Part shown: positions 31,259 to 40,211 of the stretch, piece after piece
Position numbering within the stretch: position 1 is the stretch's first letter
Layout of the letters: each line of letters opens with the position of its first letter
NCBI GenBank assembly: GCA_031255835.1
Contig: JAIRRT010000192.1
Coordinates: 1-40,716, forward strand
DNA length: 40,716 bases
Direction: 5' to 3'
From: Bifidobacteriaceae bacterium
Lineage (GTDB): Bacteria; Actinomycetota; Actinomycetes; Actinomycetales; WQXJ01
The notes under the pieces: generated by a model
Database searches by the model: none
Seen by the model: only the letters and a program-made list of their open reading frames with translations
Told to the model about the DNA's origin: nothing
Made by a program: the position numbers and the translations under genes

Positions 31259-33073
31259 ATGCCGCCAGCCGCCCCGCGTATGAGGGGTGGAGTGTGGCTT
31301 GGTCTCCTGGTGGCTGTGGCGGTGATTGCCAGTGCCGGTGGGTTGCTGGCTGGGCGGCTGATCGTTTCGCCGCGTGAGATGGCGGCTTTGTCCGAGCCGC
31401 CGGAGGCTACGTTGATCACCGTCGAGGTGGTGCGGCAAAGGATCAGCGACACGATCATCACTCGCGGTGAGGTGGCGCCTGCCGCCCAGGTCAGTCTGGG
31501 TTATGGCGAACTTGTCAAACCGGCCGAGCCTGGTGGGTTCGATGCCGGAATTGGTGGCGGTGTTGGAGGCGAAGGTGGTGGCGGCGCTGGGGTGCTGACC
31601 GGCGCATCTGCCCATGTGGGTGACGAGGTGGACGAGGGCGAGACGATTGTCGAGGTGGACAACAGGCCCGTGTTTCTGCTGGCAGGCGTTCGGCCCGCAG
31701 TGCGGGACCTGAAGCCGGGGGATTCTGGGCCAGATGTGGCTCAACTTCAAGAGGCGTTGGGGCGGCTGGGGCTGTACAGCGGGCCGGTCACTGCGGTGTT
31801 CGATTCGGCGACCGATGCGGCGGTAGCACGTATGTACGAACGTGCCGGCTACGCGCCGCCCACAACGGACGGTGGGTCCGGTGAGGATGCTGAGGCTTTG
31901 AGTGGTGCTGAGCTGGCGGTGTCCAGTGCGCGCCAGGCGGTTGAATCAGCATTGGACGGGGTGGATACGGCTCGTGCTGCGGTCAAGACGGCCAAGGCTG
32001 GTCTGGCTGAGGCGCAGGCTGGCCTGCGGCAGGCTCGCCGGGAGCGGGCGGATCTGCGAGCGGCCCGCCGCACGGCCGAGGATGCCAAACGAGCAGCGGA
32101 GAACACGGCGCGAGCCCAATGGGCCGCTGGGGGTGCGGGGACTGGCGGCGGGTCCGGTGGTGACGCGGCCGGCGGAGGTACCGGGGGAGACGGAAGTGGT
32201 GCGGGTGGCGGTGCTGGCTCGGGTTCAGGTGGCGCTGCGGTGACGTTGGAGCAGGCCATCGCGGCAGCGGTTGGTGCGGTGGACCCCGGGCCCACAGATT
32301 CCCAGTTGGCAGCCGCCACCGACGCCATCGCCTCAGCCAAGCGATCAGTTCAGGCCGCCGATGACGGCATAGACGCAGCCCAGGCTGGTGTCACCACTGC
32401 AAAGAAGGCAGTCGCAGCGGCACGGGCAGGCGAGGCCGCCGCTGTTCAGTCTCTTGCACGGCTGACCGCCAGCAAAGGCACCGTTTTGCCGCGAGTGGAG
32501 ATCTCCTTTGTGCCGGTCCTGCCCGCGTTCGTCACCTCAATGGCAACAGACGTGGGCTACGCGATCCCTCAGATCCTGGCCACATTGACACCCAGCGCCT
32601 TGATGGTGCGTGTCACCGGCCTGTCCGAGGGAGAGGCCGCCATGCTCGAGCCGGGCGGGCCCGCCGAGCTGACCATGCCCGATGGGACGGTCCGTTCTGG
32701 CACTGTCGGCGAACTCTCCAGTCAGGCTGAGACAGGAGAAGGTGGGATCTCTATGGGGGCGCCGGGCGCCATCGTCGATGTGATTCCGGATGAGGAACTG
32801 GACTTCGCGCTGTCTGGGGTCAACTTGAAGGTGACGTTTGTGGCTGCCCAGACGGCCACGGAGGTGCTTGGGGTGCCGCTGGGGGCAATCAGCTCCAACC
32901 CGGCCGGGGACCTGAGCGTGATTGTGGCTGGTGAGCCGCCCGCGCCTGGGGTCGATCCGCCGCTGGAGCGGGTGGCTGTGGTGACGGGGGTGAGTGGCGA
33001 GGGGCTGGTCGAGGTCACCCCGGTGGAGCCGGGCACGCTGGACGCCGGTATGCGGGTGGTGATCGGCGGATGA
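31259..33073 (+). CDS. Membrane-anchored peptidoglycan-binding / HlyD-like periplasmic adaptor partner of the downstream ABC exporter
   Basis: The ORF is 604 aa with an N-terminal TM helix (GVWLGLLVAVAVIASAGGLLAG). A PG_binding_1-like segment is present: DSGPDVAQLQEALGRLGLYSGPVTAVFDSATDAAVARMYERAGY. It also has an Ala-rich coiled-coil region interrupted by a Gly-rich insert, and a beta-rich C-terminus. Its stop overlaps the ABC ATPase start (ATGA at 33070-33073). Confidence 0.7.
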   Translation: MPPAAPRMRGGVWLGLLVAVAVIASAGGLLAGRLIVSPREMAALSEPPEATLITVEVVRQRISDTIITRGEVAPAAQVSLGYGELVKPAEPGGFDAGIGGGVGGEGGGGAGVLTGASAHVGDEVDEGETIVEVDNRPVFLLAGVRPAVRDLKPGDSGPDVAQLQEALGRLGLYSGPVTAVFDSATDAAVARMYERAGYAPPTTDGGSGEDAEALSGAELAVSSARQAVESALDGVDTARAAVKTAKAGLAEAQAGLRQARRERADLRAARRTAEDAKRAAENTARAQWAAGGAGTGGGSGGDAAGGGTGGDGSGAGGGAGSGSGGAAVTLEQAIAAAVGAVDPGPTDSQLAAATDAIASAKRSVQAADDGIDAAQAGVTTAKKAVAAARAGEAAAVQSLARLTASKGTVLPRVEISFVPVLPAFVTSMATDVGYAIPQILATLTPSALMVRVTGLSEGEAAMLEPGGPAELTMPDGTVRSGTVGELSSQAETGEGGISMGAPGAIVDVIPDEELDFALSGVNLKVTFVAAQTATEVLGVPLGAISSNPAGDLSVIVAGEPPAPGVDPPLERVAVVTGVSGEGLVEVTPVEPGTLDAGMRVVIGG

Positions 33074-33801
33074 CACAAACGTTCGAGCAGGCGCCGCCTG
33101 GGGCGGTGATCGAGCTGGATGGGATCGAACGCACATACCCTGGCCCACCGCCCGTGCCGGCATTGGCGGCGACTCGTCTGACCATCGCGGCGGGGGACTA
33201 CGTGGCGGTGGTTGGGCCGTCCGGTTCGGGAAAGTCGACCCTGCTGAACGTCATCGGACTGCTCGATGTGCCAACTGCGGGACGCTATGTGCTCGATGGC
33301 TATGACACCGGGGCGCTCAACCCTTCGGAGCGGGCGGCGCTGCGGGGGACCAGGATCGGTTTTGTGTTCCAGTCCTTCCATCTGATGGCTCACCGCACGG
33401 TGTTGGAGAACGTCGCACTTGCTGGTACATATGTACGGTTGCCGCGGCGCCGGAGGTTGGCGCAGGCGGCCGAGGCGATTGAGCGCGTCGGGTTGGGGCA
33501 TCGCTCCCAGTTTCTGCCTTCCCAGCTTTCTGGCGGCGAGCGGCAGCGGGTCGCCATTGCGCGGGCGATTGCCGGACGGCCCAAAGTGCTGCTGTGCGAC
33601 GAGCCAACCGGAAACCTCGACACCCACCGCGCGGGGGAGATAGTCGCGCTGTTTGAGCAGATGCACACCGACGGCATGACGGTGGTTGTGGTGACCCACG
33701 ATGAATCGCTGGCCGGCCGTGCCGCGCGCCAACTGCACGTGCGCGATGGCGTTGTGACAGATGCCGCGGCGAGCCGGCCCGCGTGGGCGGGAGGGGTTTG
33801 A
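33070..33801 (+). CDS. ABC transporter ATP-binding protein (MacB/LolD-type)
   Basis: The ORF is 243 aa. Walker A is GPSGSGKST, the Q-loop is FVFQSF, the signature motif is LSGGERQRVAIARA, Walker B is LLCDEPTGNLD, and the H-loop is VVVTHD. Confidence 0.92.
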   Translation: MTQTFEQAPPGAVIELDGIERTYPGPPPVPALAATRLTIAAGDYVAVVGPSGSGKSTLLNVIGLLDVPTAGRYVLDGYDTGALNPSERAALRGTRIGFVFQSFHLMAHRTVLENVALAGTYVRLPRRRRLAQAAEAIERVGLGHRSQFLPSQLSGGERQRVAIARAIAGRPKVLLCDEPTGNLDTHRAGEIVALFEQMHTDGMTVVVVTHDESLAGRAARQLHVRDGVVTDAAASRPAWAGGV

Positions 33802-35060
33802 TGGCCGGGGAAGCGCCGGCAGCGCATCGCTCAGCCTTGGCGGCGCCGCGCTCGGGCATCCGCGTGGCCGATCTTCTGCGTGAAGGGGTCGCGTCAGTGG
33901 CCGCCAGGCCCGGCCGCTCAATCCTGACAATGACCGGAACCGTGCTGGGTTGCGCAGCGTTCCTGGCGATCATCGGCCTGACATCAACGGCATCTGGGCA
34001 GATCACAGCCCAGTTCAACGAACTCGAAGCCACAAGCGTGACGGTGGTGGACACCGGCGTCAGTGAGCGCGGCGAGCCGCGGTACAACTTCCCCGAGCAG
34101 GTGGGGCCGCTGATGCGGGGGCTGAACGGCGTGGTGGATGCCGGGGTGTATGCCTCGCTGAACGTGTCAGAGACCATCGCGATCCGCCCGCAAGTCGATG
34201 CCGAGGCCTCGGCCGGCTCGAGCCTGGCGGTCTACGGAGGCGAGCCGGGGACTTTGGCCGCTGCCGGTGTGGAGTTGGTCTCTGGCAACGGGATGGATGA
34301 GTTCCACATCCAGACCCGCCAGCCGGTGGCGGTGCTTGGGTTTGCGGCTGCGGCCCAGCTTGGCATCGCCTCGGTGGTGTCCCAGCCAACTGTGTTCATC
34401 GGCAACCGGCCCTACCAGGTGGTTGGCATCCTTGGCCAGGGAGGCTCGCTGCCCGAGCTTGGCAACGCAGTGATTGTGCCGATTGGCCTCGGGCTGGAGC
34501 GCTACGGTCCGCCCAGTCCCGCCACCCCGGCCCACGTCTTGGTGCGCACCGATCTGGGTGCAGCAGGCCTGATCGCTCGCCAAGCGGCATATCGCTTGCG
34601 TCCCGACGCCCCAGACCTTCTGGATTCCATAGCCCCACCCGATTGGTCCATGATCACCGACGATGTCGATACTTCCGTTGGCACGTTGCTGCTGGCTTTG
34701 GCGGGTATCGCCTTGGTGATCGGATGCGTGGCCATTGCCAACACCACGCTGGTGGCAGTGATGGAGCGCACCGGCGAGATCGGGTTGCGCCAAGCATTGG
34801 GCGCCAAACGCAGCCACATCCTTGCCCAGTTCCTGGTCGAGTCGGTGCTGCTGGGCGCCATCGGCGGCTTGTTGGGAAGTGCTCTGGGAATCGCGGCAGT
34901 CCTGATCGGGTCGGTTTCCCGCTCGTGGACTCCTGTTCTGGAACCGGCGCTGCCGCTGGCCGCTCCGGTTGTCGGAATTGTTGTTGGCGCGCTGGCCGGG
35001 CTATATCCCTCCTGGCAGGCGTCCAGAATCCCTCCCGCAGCAGCCCTGCAGCGCGTGTGA
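33801..35060 (+). CDS. ABC transporter permease (FtsX/MacB-type, with an extracytoplasmic domain between TM1 and TM2)
   Basis: The track ORF is 33783..35060. I prefer ATG 33801, which overlaps the ATPase stop by 1 nt (TGATG). TM1 is TGTVLGCAAFLAIIGL. It is followed by an extracytoplasmic domain of about 230 aa and three C-terminal TM helices containing EIGLRQALGAKRSHI (FtsX-type motif). Confidence 0.85.
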   Translation: MAGEAPAAHRSALAAPRSGIRVADLLREGVASVAARPGRSILTMTGTVLGCAAFLAIIGLTSTASGQITAQFNELEATSVTVVDTGVSERGEPRYNFPEQVGPLMRGLNGVVDAGVYASLNVSETIAIRPQVDAEASAGSSLAVYGGEPGTLAAAGVELVSGNGMDEFHIQTRQPVAVLGFAAAAQLGIASVVSQPTVFIGNRPYQVVGILGQGGSLPELGNAVIVPIGLGLERYGPPSPATPAHVLVRTDLGAAGLIARQAAYRLRPDAPDLLDSIAPPDWSMITDDVDTSVGTLLLALAGIALVIGCVAIANTTLVAVMERTGEIGLRQALGAKRSHILAQFLVESVLLGAIGGLLGSALGIAAVLIGSVSRSWTPVLEPALPLAAPVVGIVVGALAGLYPSWQASRIPPAAALQRV

Positions 35061-35323
35061 TGTGGTGTGCGGTGGTTTGTGCTCGGGCGGCAAGACGGCA
35101 TGAAACTGCGTGTTCCGAGATTCAGACAATTGCATCGAAAGTGACTTAAACGTTCGTGCGTGGGCGGTATCGCGTTTGCATCAACCTGCCTATAGGCTTG
35201 TCCGGACGCAACCTCCCGGGCTTGTGGGTGGTCGGCAGCGCTTGACGGGCTCAAAGATGGCTCGTCCTGCCCAGCGTCGAGTTCACAACTGACCCGTTTG
35301 ACCAAAGGAGCGACAACGAGGCC

Positions 35324-38300
35324 ATGAAACCGATTACCGCAACACGCACTGCCTTGGCGGCGGCCGCCGCCATGGCGCTGGTCCTGTCGGGCGGAGCCCC
35401 GGCCATGGGCTGGTCCACCACGACAGACATCGAAGAGATGGAGGCGAGGCACATCGCCATCGCCGAGGAGGCCGCGGCCGAGTCGATTGTCTTGCTAGAG
35501 AACTACGGCAACGTCCTGCCACTTGCCCCCGGCGGCAACATCGCCATTTTCGGCCCAGGCGCCGTGCGCAACTACCCAACTGGGACCGGTTCCTCGGCGA
35601 TGACGGGCATCCGGTACACCGGCGCGCTTGGCATGTCAACCATTGAGGGCGCCCTGGCGGATGCCGGCTTCACTAATACGGCATCAGCCGCATACAACAC
35701 TGCTCGCAACTCCAGGTTGAGCGCCATTCCGGCGATGGGCTACTGGGGCTTGCACACATTCAATCCGCCATCGAACTACTCAAACGCTGACGCAGTGATG
35801 ACAGATCAGAACGGTCTGGCCGAGCCCACGGCTCCGACAGACACAGCGGTCTACGTCCTGCTGCGCAACTCAGGTGAGACCTATGACAGGGTTCTCGCCC
35901 AGAGCTACTACCTCACCCAGGCAGAGAAAGACAACATTGCACTGCTCGGCCAGACCTACAAGAACGTTGTTGTGGTTCTGTACGTGCCAGGTGTGACGGA
36001 TACCGACTTCTTCCGCGAGATCAACGCCGATCAGTCCATCCGCGATCCCGAAGGCGGCCTGCCGCTCGATGCCCTGGTCAACGCCGGCATCCCCGGCCAA
36101 GAGGGCGCTGAGGCGATTGTCGATGTCCTCACCGGCCAGGTCACGCCCTCTGGCAAGACTGCCGATACTTGGGCCGCGGATTATTCGCTGTACCCAGCAG
36201 CTCCTACCTGGGCAAATAACGATGGCGATGCCTATGACGAGGTTTACACCGAGGGCATCTACGTTGGTTACCGTTACTTCGATTCCTTCTACAAGCAGAT
36301 CGAGATAGTTCCAGGCGATCCGGATGCCTCTGTCAGCTATCCGTTCGGCTTTGGTCTTTCATACACCAGCTTCGACATCGACACGCTTTCAGTTGTTGGC
36401 GATCCTGATCAGGTAACAGTCAGTGCTCGCGTTACAAACACTGGCGCAACCTATTCGGGTAAAGAGGTTGTCCAGGTTTACGCCTCGGCACCGCAGACTG
36501 GTCTGGACAAGCCCTACCAGGAGCTGGTCGGATACGCCAAGACCGGCACACTCGCTCCAGGCCAATCCGAGGTTGTCACCATCTCGTTCGACACTGACAA
36601 CCTGTCCTCCTATGACCCGGCACTGGCTGCCTACACCCTCGAGGCCGGGGAATACCCGATCCGTGTTGGCAACTCCTCCCGTTCCACTGAGGTGGCGGCC
36701 GTGCTGACAGTGGCGCAGAACGTCATCGTGCAGCAGCTGGCCAACCAGCTCGACAACGGCGTTGTTCCGAACGAACTTGAGTCGGATCCAGCTGACTTCT
36801 TCACCTATCCAGGTGAGGCGGCCGAGATTGCTGCTGCGCCGCGTATGCCGCTGAACATGGTCGGCTTCACTGCGCCGAACAATGCCTCGCCGACGGCTGT
36901 GAAGACCGTTGCGATCAGCCCCACTCACCCGATGGCGATCTCTCAGGGCACCATGATTGCTCCGGTCTCGACCTACCTGACCCTGGCCGATCTGATGGAT
37001 TGGCGTGGCACCGGAGGCAGCTATCCTGCGCTTCCGGGCGAGCGGATTTCGCTGGTCGATCCTGCGCCTCCCAGCGCGACGCTGTTCGATGTCGCCAAGG
37101 GCCAGGTCAGCCTTGAGTCGTTTGTTGCCTCGATGAGCGTTGAGGAACTCGCTGCTGCGGCCGTTGCCGGCCAGGCGAGTGGCGCGACCACCCCATATGC
37201 CCGTGGAGCAGCTGGCTACCTGCGGCACAACGAGGCAAAGGGCATCCCTGTGATGGCCTTCAATGACGGCCCGAGCGGTCTGAACGGTTCGACTTCGTTC
37301 AACCTCAACGGCACCAAGTATCAGCGGGTTGTCGCGTACCCCTCAGGCACCAACATTGCCCAGATGTGGAACGTCGATCTGGCTGAGGCAGTCGGCCGGG
37401 CCATCGGTGAAGAGATGGAAGATATGGGCGCAATGACCTGGCTGGCTCCAGGCGCCAACATCCACCGCGACCCGCTGTGCGGCCGCAACGTCGAGTACTA
37501 CTCGGAGGATCCGCTGCTGTCCGGCATGTCCGGCGCTGCGACCACCATCGGCCTGCAGTCCGTCCCCGGCGTCGGGGTGTCCGTCAAGCACTTCGCTGCC
37601 AACAACCAGGAGGCCGAGCGCGAGGGGAATGACAACCAAATCTCCGAGCGCGCGCTGCGTGAGATCTACCTGCGCAGCTTCGAGATCATCGTGCGTGGCG
37701 CACAGCCGATGTCGATCATGAGCTCCTACAACATGATCAACGGCACCTACACCGCGGCCGATTATGAACTGCTGACCGACGTCCTGCGCAACGAGTGGGG
37801 CTTCGACGGCTTCGTCATGACTGACTGGGGCGGCAACCGCGCCGGCGTTATCAACACCATGTATGGCGGCAACAACGTCCAATCGCCTGGCGGCAACGGC
37901 CCGCTCAATGCGATCATCGGCGGCGTTGCTCCGGCGGATCCGCTCTGGCAGGCCAACGGCCTTCCGCAGGTGCGTCAGACTGAGTCCTACGGTGCCGCCC
38001 CGGCGTACAACTGCTTCTGGTTGGCGCTGGGCGACATCGTCCCGATGGCAGGCGGACCGCTGGTCGAATCCCACCAGGTCAACGGGACAATCGCCGCGGC
38101 CACCACCAACACTCTGAACAACTGGGTCGCCGCCGCAGAGCGTGCCGATCAGTTCTCCGGAGTGCCGGCTGGATCAATCCAACTGGTGCAGGAAAACGGC
38201 TACTACACCGTCAACATCTACGGATTCAAGGGCCACTCCATCAGGCTCGGCGACGTCCAGAAGAACGTCATCGAGGTCCTGAAGGTTGCGATGCGGTCGC

Positions 38301-39652
38301 TGTCCTTCGCCCAGCTGGCTGACCTCAAGGGCGTCAGTGGCATTGCTCCTGCGTCCTACACCGGCATCCACGCCGCCACCCTCAAGCCCTACCTCTCCAA
38401 CGACTTCGAGGCTGCCACCCAGTGGGCACTTCGGGTTCTGGAGTCGCTGACCATGGTTGGCGAGCTGTATGAGGGCCAGGCTCACCGCTACACCCCGGCT
38501 TCGTTCGCGGAACTGGAAGCAGCGATGACCCAGGCGAGGGCACTGCTGGCCATCACCGGTCCGGTCCCGGCCAACTCGGTAGTTTGGGCACAGTCCCAGC
38601 TCGAGGCCGCCATCGCCGGTCTGGTTGAAGGTGTGGACACCTCCACACTGGAGGCGCTGATCGCTCAGGCCGAGGACATTCTGGCCAATCCCGATGGCTA
38701 CCTCTCAGCTGGTCTGCCGGCACTCGCGGCGGCGCTGGCCGTTGCTCAGGCTGCTCTGGCCGATCCAGGGCTGACCCAGACCGGAGAGACCGCTGCATCG
38801 GCCGCATTGGCTGAGGCGCTGTCGAACGTGATGCCGAAGGGCGACAAGACCGGCCTGAACGCGCTCATTGCTGCTGTCGGTGGCCTTGATCCGCAGCGCT
38901 TCACGCCTGCGACTTGGGCTCCGGTTCAGGCTGCTTTGGCTGCTGGCGGGATTGTTTCTGCCGATCCAGAGGCGTCGATGATTGACGTCGAGAATGCCTT
39001 CGCTGCGCTGGATGCGGCCATTGGCGATCTGGTTCTGCGGGCGAGCAAGGCGGGTCTGGCCTCTGCGGTCAGCGTCGGCAACACGATCCTCGCCTCGGCC
39101 GCAAGCTATGTGCCGTCCACGATCATCGGGCTGGCCGAGCTTGTTCTGGCCGGTGAGGGGATCTTGGCCGATGACGACGCAACCCAGCAGGAAGTCGAGG
39201 CCGCTCACACCGCGCTTGTCGTGGCCATCGGGCGGGCCAAGCTGATGCCTGTCACCCGGGCCGCGCCACAGTCGCTGGCAGCAGTTGCGCTGGTGGTAGG
39301 CGCGGCAGCCTCGCCCGCCGAGGCCGCCGAGGCGATCGAAGCCGCCGCAGATGAGGATGCAGCCGCTGGCGATGCCGCTCCTGCAGCCTTCATCAAGGCG
39401 TCGGCACCGAAGATCGTCGGCGTGGCAAAGGTTGGGCGCAAGCTCAAGGCGAAGACACCGGGTTGGTCCCCGGCGCCATCGTTCACCTACCAGTGGTACC
39501 GGTCCGGCAAGGCGATAGCCAAGGCGACAAAGGCGACCTACAAGGTGACCAAGGCTGACAAGGGCAAGCGCCTGTCAGTCAAGGTCAAGGCCGCCAAGCC
39601 CGGCTACAAGTCCATAGCCAAGGCCTCAGCCAAAACCAAGCGAGTCCGCTAA
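35324..39652 (+). CDS. Secreted GH3-family glycosidase with permuted domain order, FIVAR-like helical repeats and a C-terminal Lys-rich Ig-like domain
   Basis: The ORF is 1442 aa with signal peptide MKPITATRTALAAAAAMALVLSGGAPAMG. The GH3 alpha/beta-sandwich region comes first (IVLLENYGNVLPL...PGQEGAEAIVDVLTGQVTPSGKTADTW...YTEGIYVGYRYFD...YPFGFGLSYTSF). An Fn3-like region follows (VTVSARVTNTGATYSGKEVVQVYAS). The GH3 TIM-barrel region comes afterwards (GIPVMAFNDGPSGLN...KHFAANNQE...SIMSSYNMINGTY...WGFDGFVMTDWGG). After about aa 1050 come 4-5 helical repeats of the FIVAR type (e.g. TPATWAPVQAALAAG...VENAFAALDAAIGDL). The protein ends with FTYQWYRSGKAIAKATKATYKVTKADKGKRLSVKVKAAKPGY. Confidence 0.85.
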   Translation: MKPITATRTALAAAAAMALVLSGGAPAMGWSTTTDIEEMEARHIAIAEEAAAESIVLLENYGNVLPLAPGGNIAIFGPGAVRNYPTGTGSSAMTGIRYTGALGMSTIEGALADAGFTNTASAAYNTARNSRLSAIPAMGYWGLHTFNPPSNYSNADAVMTDQNGLAEPTAPTDTAVYVLLRNSGETYDRVLAQSYYLTQAEKDNIALLGQTYKNVVVVLYVPGVTDTDFFREINADQSIRDPEGGLPLDALVNAGIPGQEGAEAIVDVLTGQVTPSGKTADTWAADYSLYPAAPTWANNDGDAYDEVYTEGIYVGYRYFDSFYKQIEIVPGDPDASVSYPFGFGLSYTSFDIDTLSVVGDPDQVTVSARVTNTGATYSGKEVVQVYASAPQTGLDKPYQELVGYAKTGTLAPGQSEVVTISFDTDNLSSYDPALAAYTLEAGEYPIRVGNSSRSTEVAAVLTVAQNVIVQQLANQLDNGVVPNELESDPADFFTYPGEAAEIAAAPRMPLNMVGFTAPNNASPTAVKTVAISPTHPMAISQGTMIAPVSTYLTLADLMDWRGTGGSYPALPGERISLVDPAPPSATLFDVAKGQVSLESFVASMSVEELAAAAVAGQASGATTPYARGAAGYLRHNEAKGIPVMAFNDGPSGLNGSTSFNLNGTKYQRVVAYPSGTNIAQMWNVDLAEAVGRAIGEEMEDMGAMTWLAPGANIHRDPLCGRNVEYYSEDPLLSGMSGAATTIGLQSVPGVGVSVKHFAANNQEAEREGNDNQISERALREIYLRSFEIIVRGAQPMSIMSSYNMINGTYTAADYELLTDVLRNEWGFDGFVMTDWGGNRAGVINTMYGGNNVQSPGGNGPLNAIIGGVAPADPLWQANGLPQVRQTESYGAAPAYNCFWLALGDIVPMAGGPLVESHQVNGTIAAATTNTLNNWVAAAERADQFSGVPAGSIQLVQENGYYTVNIYGFKGHSIRLGDVQKNVIEVLKVAMRSLSFAQLADLKGVSGIAPASYTGIHAATLKPYLSNDFEAATQWALRVLESLTMVGELYEGQAHRYTPASFAELEAAMTQARALLAITGPVPANSVVWAQSQLEAAIAGLVEGVDTSTLEALIAQAEDILANPDGYLSAGLPALAAALAVAQAALADPGLTQTGETAASAALAEALSNVMPKGDKTGLNALIAAVGGLDPQRFTPATWAPVQAALAAGGIVSADPEASMIDVENAFAALDAAIGDLVLRASKAGLASAVSVGNTILASAASYVPSTIIGLAELVLAGEGILADDDATQQEVEAAHTALVVAIGRAKLMPVTRAAPQSLAAVALVVGAAASPAEAAEAIEAAADEDAAAGDAAPAAFIKASAPKIVGVAKVGRKLKAKTPGWSPAPSFTYQWYRSGKAIAKATKATYKVTKADKGKRLSVKVKAAKPGYKSIAKASAKTKRVR

Positions 39653-39756
39653 CTCACCCAGGGGCGCCCCCAGGCCCACCCGGCCCAGGGGGCGCCCCTG
39701 CAAAACTCACCACCCAAGGCGCCCCCCAGGCCACCCGGCCCAGGGGGCGCCCCCGC
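39653..39756. repeat. Direct repeat (2 copies, about 53 bp) built from GGGGCGCCCC palindromes, immediately after the GH3 stop
   Basis: The landmark ctcac recurs at 39653 and 39706. The sequence GGGGCGCCCC or a near-variant occurs four times (about 39661, 39689, 39718 and 39743). Confidence 0.8.
39660..39699 (+). terminator. Strong GC hairpin downstream of the GH3 gene (terminator-like, no U-tract)
   Basis: The left arm AGGGGCGCCCCCAGG (39660-39674) pairs with the right arm CCAGGGGGCGCCCCT (39685-39699) at 14 of 15 positions, with a 10-nt loop. It starts 8 nt after the stop codon. A second, similar hairpin lies in the next repeat copy. Confidence 0.45.
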
Positions 39757-39765
39757 ACCCCCACC

Positions 39766-40211
39766 CACGCCGATGACGCTCAACGTTGGGTGCTCGGGTT
39801 GTGGTGCGGAGGTTGCGTAGGGGTTCGATGCCGCTGGCGGCATGCCTTTTGAAGGCGGTCACCGGAGTATCTGGGGATGATGGGTGTGGTCAGGGGTTTC
39901 GTGGTGTCGGTGGGTTTGGTGGTGGCCGGGCTATGCGACGTTCTTGCGCACCTGCCGCCTAGGGTCACCGGTTGCCGCCATCGTCGCGGTGGTTGGTTCA
40001 GTGGTGTTGGCGGCAAGACTGATCGAGGTGGTCACCGATGTCTTCTGGGGATGATGCGTGTGGTCAGGGGGTTCGTGATGTCGGTGGGTTTGGTGGTGGT
40101 CCGGTTCCCAGACGTCGAGTGGTTCGGATCCGATACGTGGCCGCGGACAGGCAGGTGTGTCGAGTGTGTCTCCCCCCACCTCACCCCTCAGCCGTGGTTG
40201 GCCTGGTGAGG
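39766..40211. repeat. Head module of the modular intergenic repeat element (right copy), with an internal duplication of about 173 bp
   Basis: It shares the same conserved blocks as 15548-15823. The block ggtcaccg...tctggggatgatg.gtgtggtc...tcggtgggtttggtggtgg occurs twice, with GGTCACC at 39857 and 40030 (spacing 173 bp). An extra GGTCACC lies at 39963. The hairpin plus TTTT at 39828-39850 is identical to 15613-15635. Confidence 0.8.

Noticed and set aside
35100-35215. A possible LacI-type operator or other regulatory site upstream of the GH3 gene, in a relatively AT-rich stretch (TTGCATCGAAAG ... TTAAACGTTCG ... GTTTGCATCAA).
   Set aside because: I found only a short AACGTT core and a 7-bp direct repeat (TTGCATC, about 49 bp apart). 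There is no convincing 14-16-bp palindrome matching the TGnAAnCGnTTnCA type, and no regulator gene is adjacent. The evidence is insufficient to call a site.
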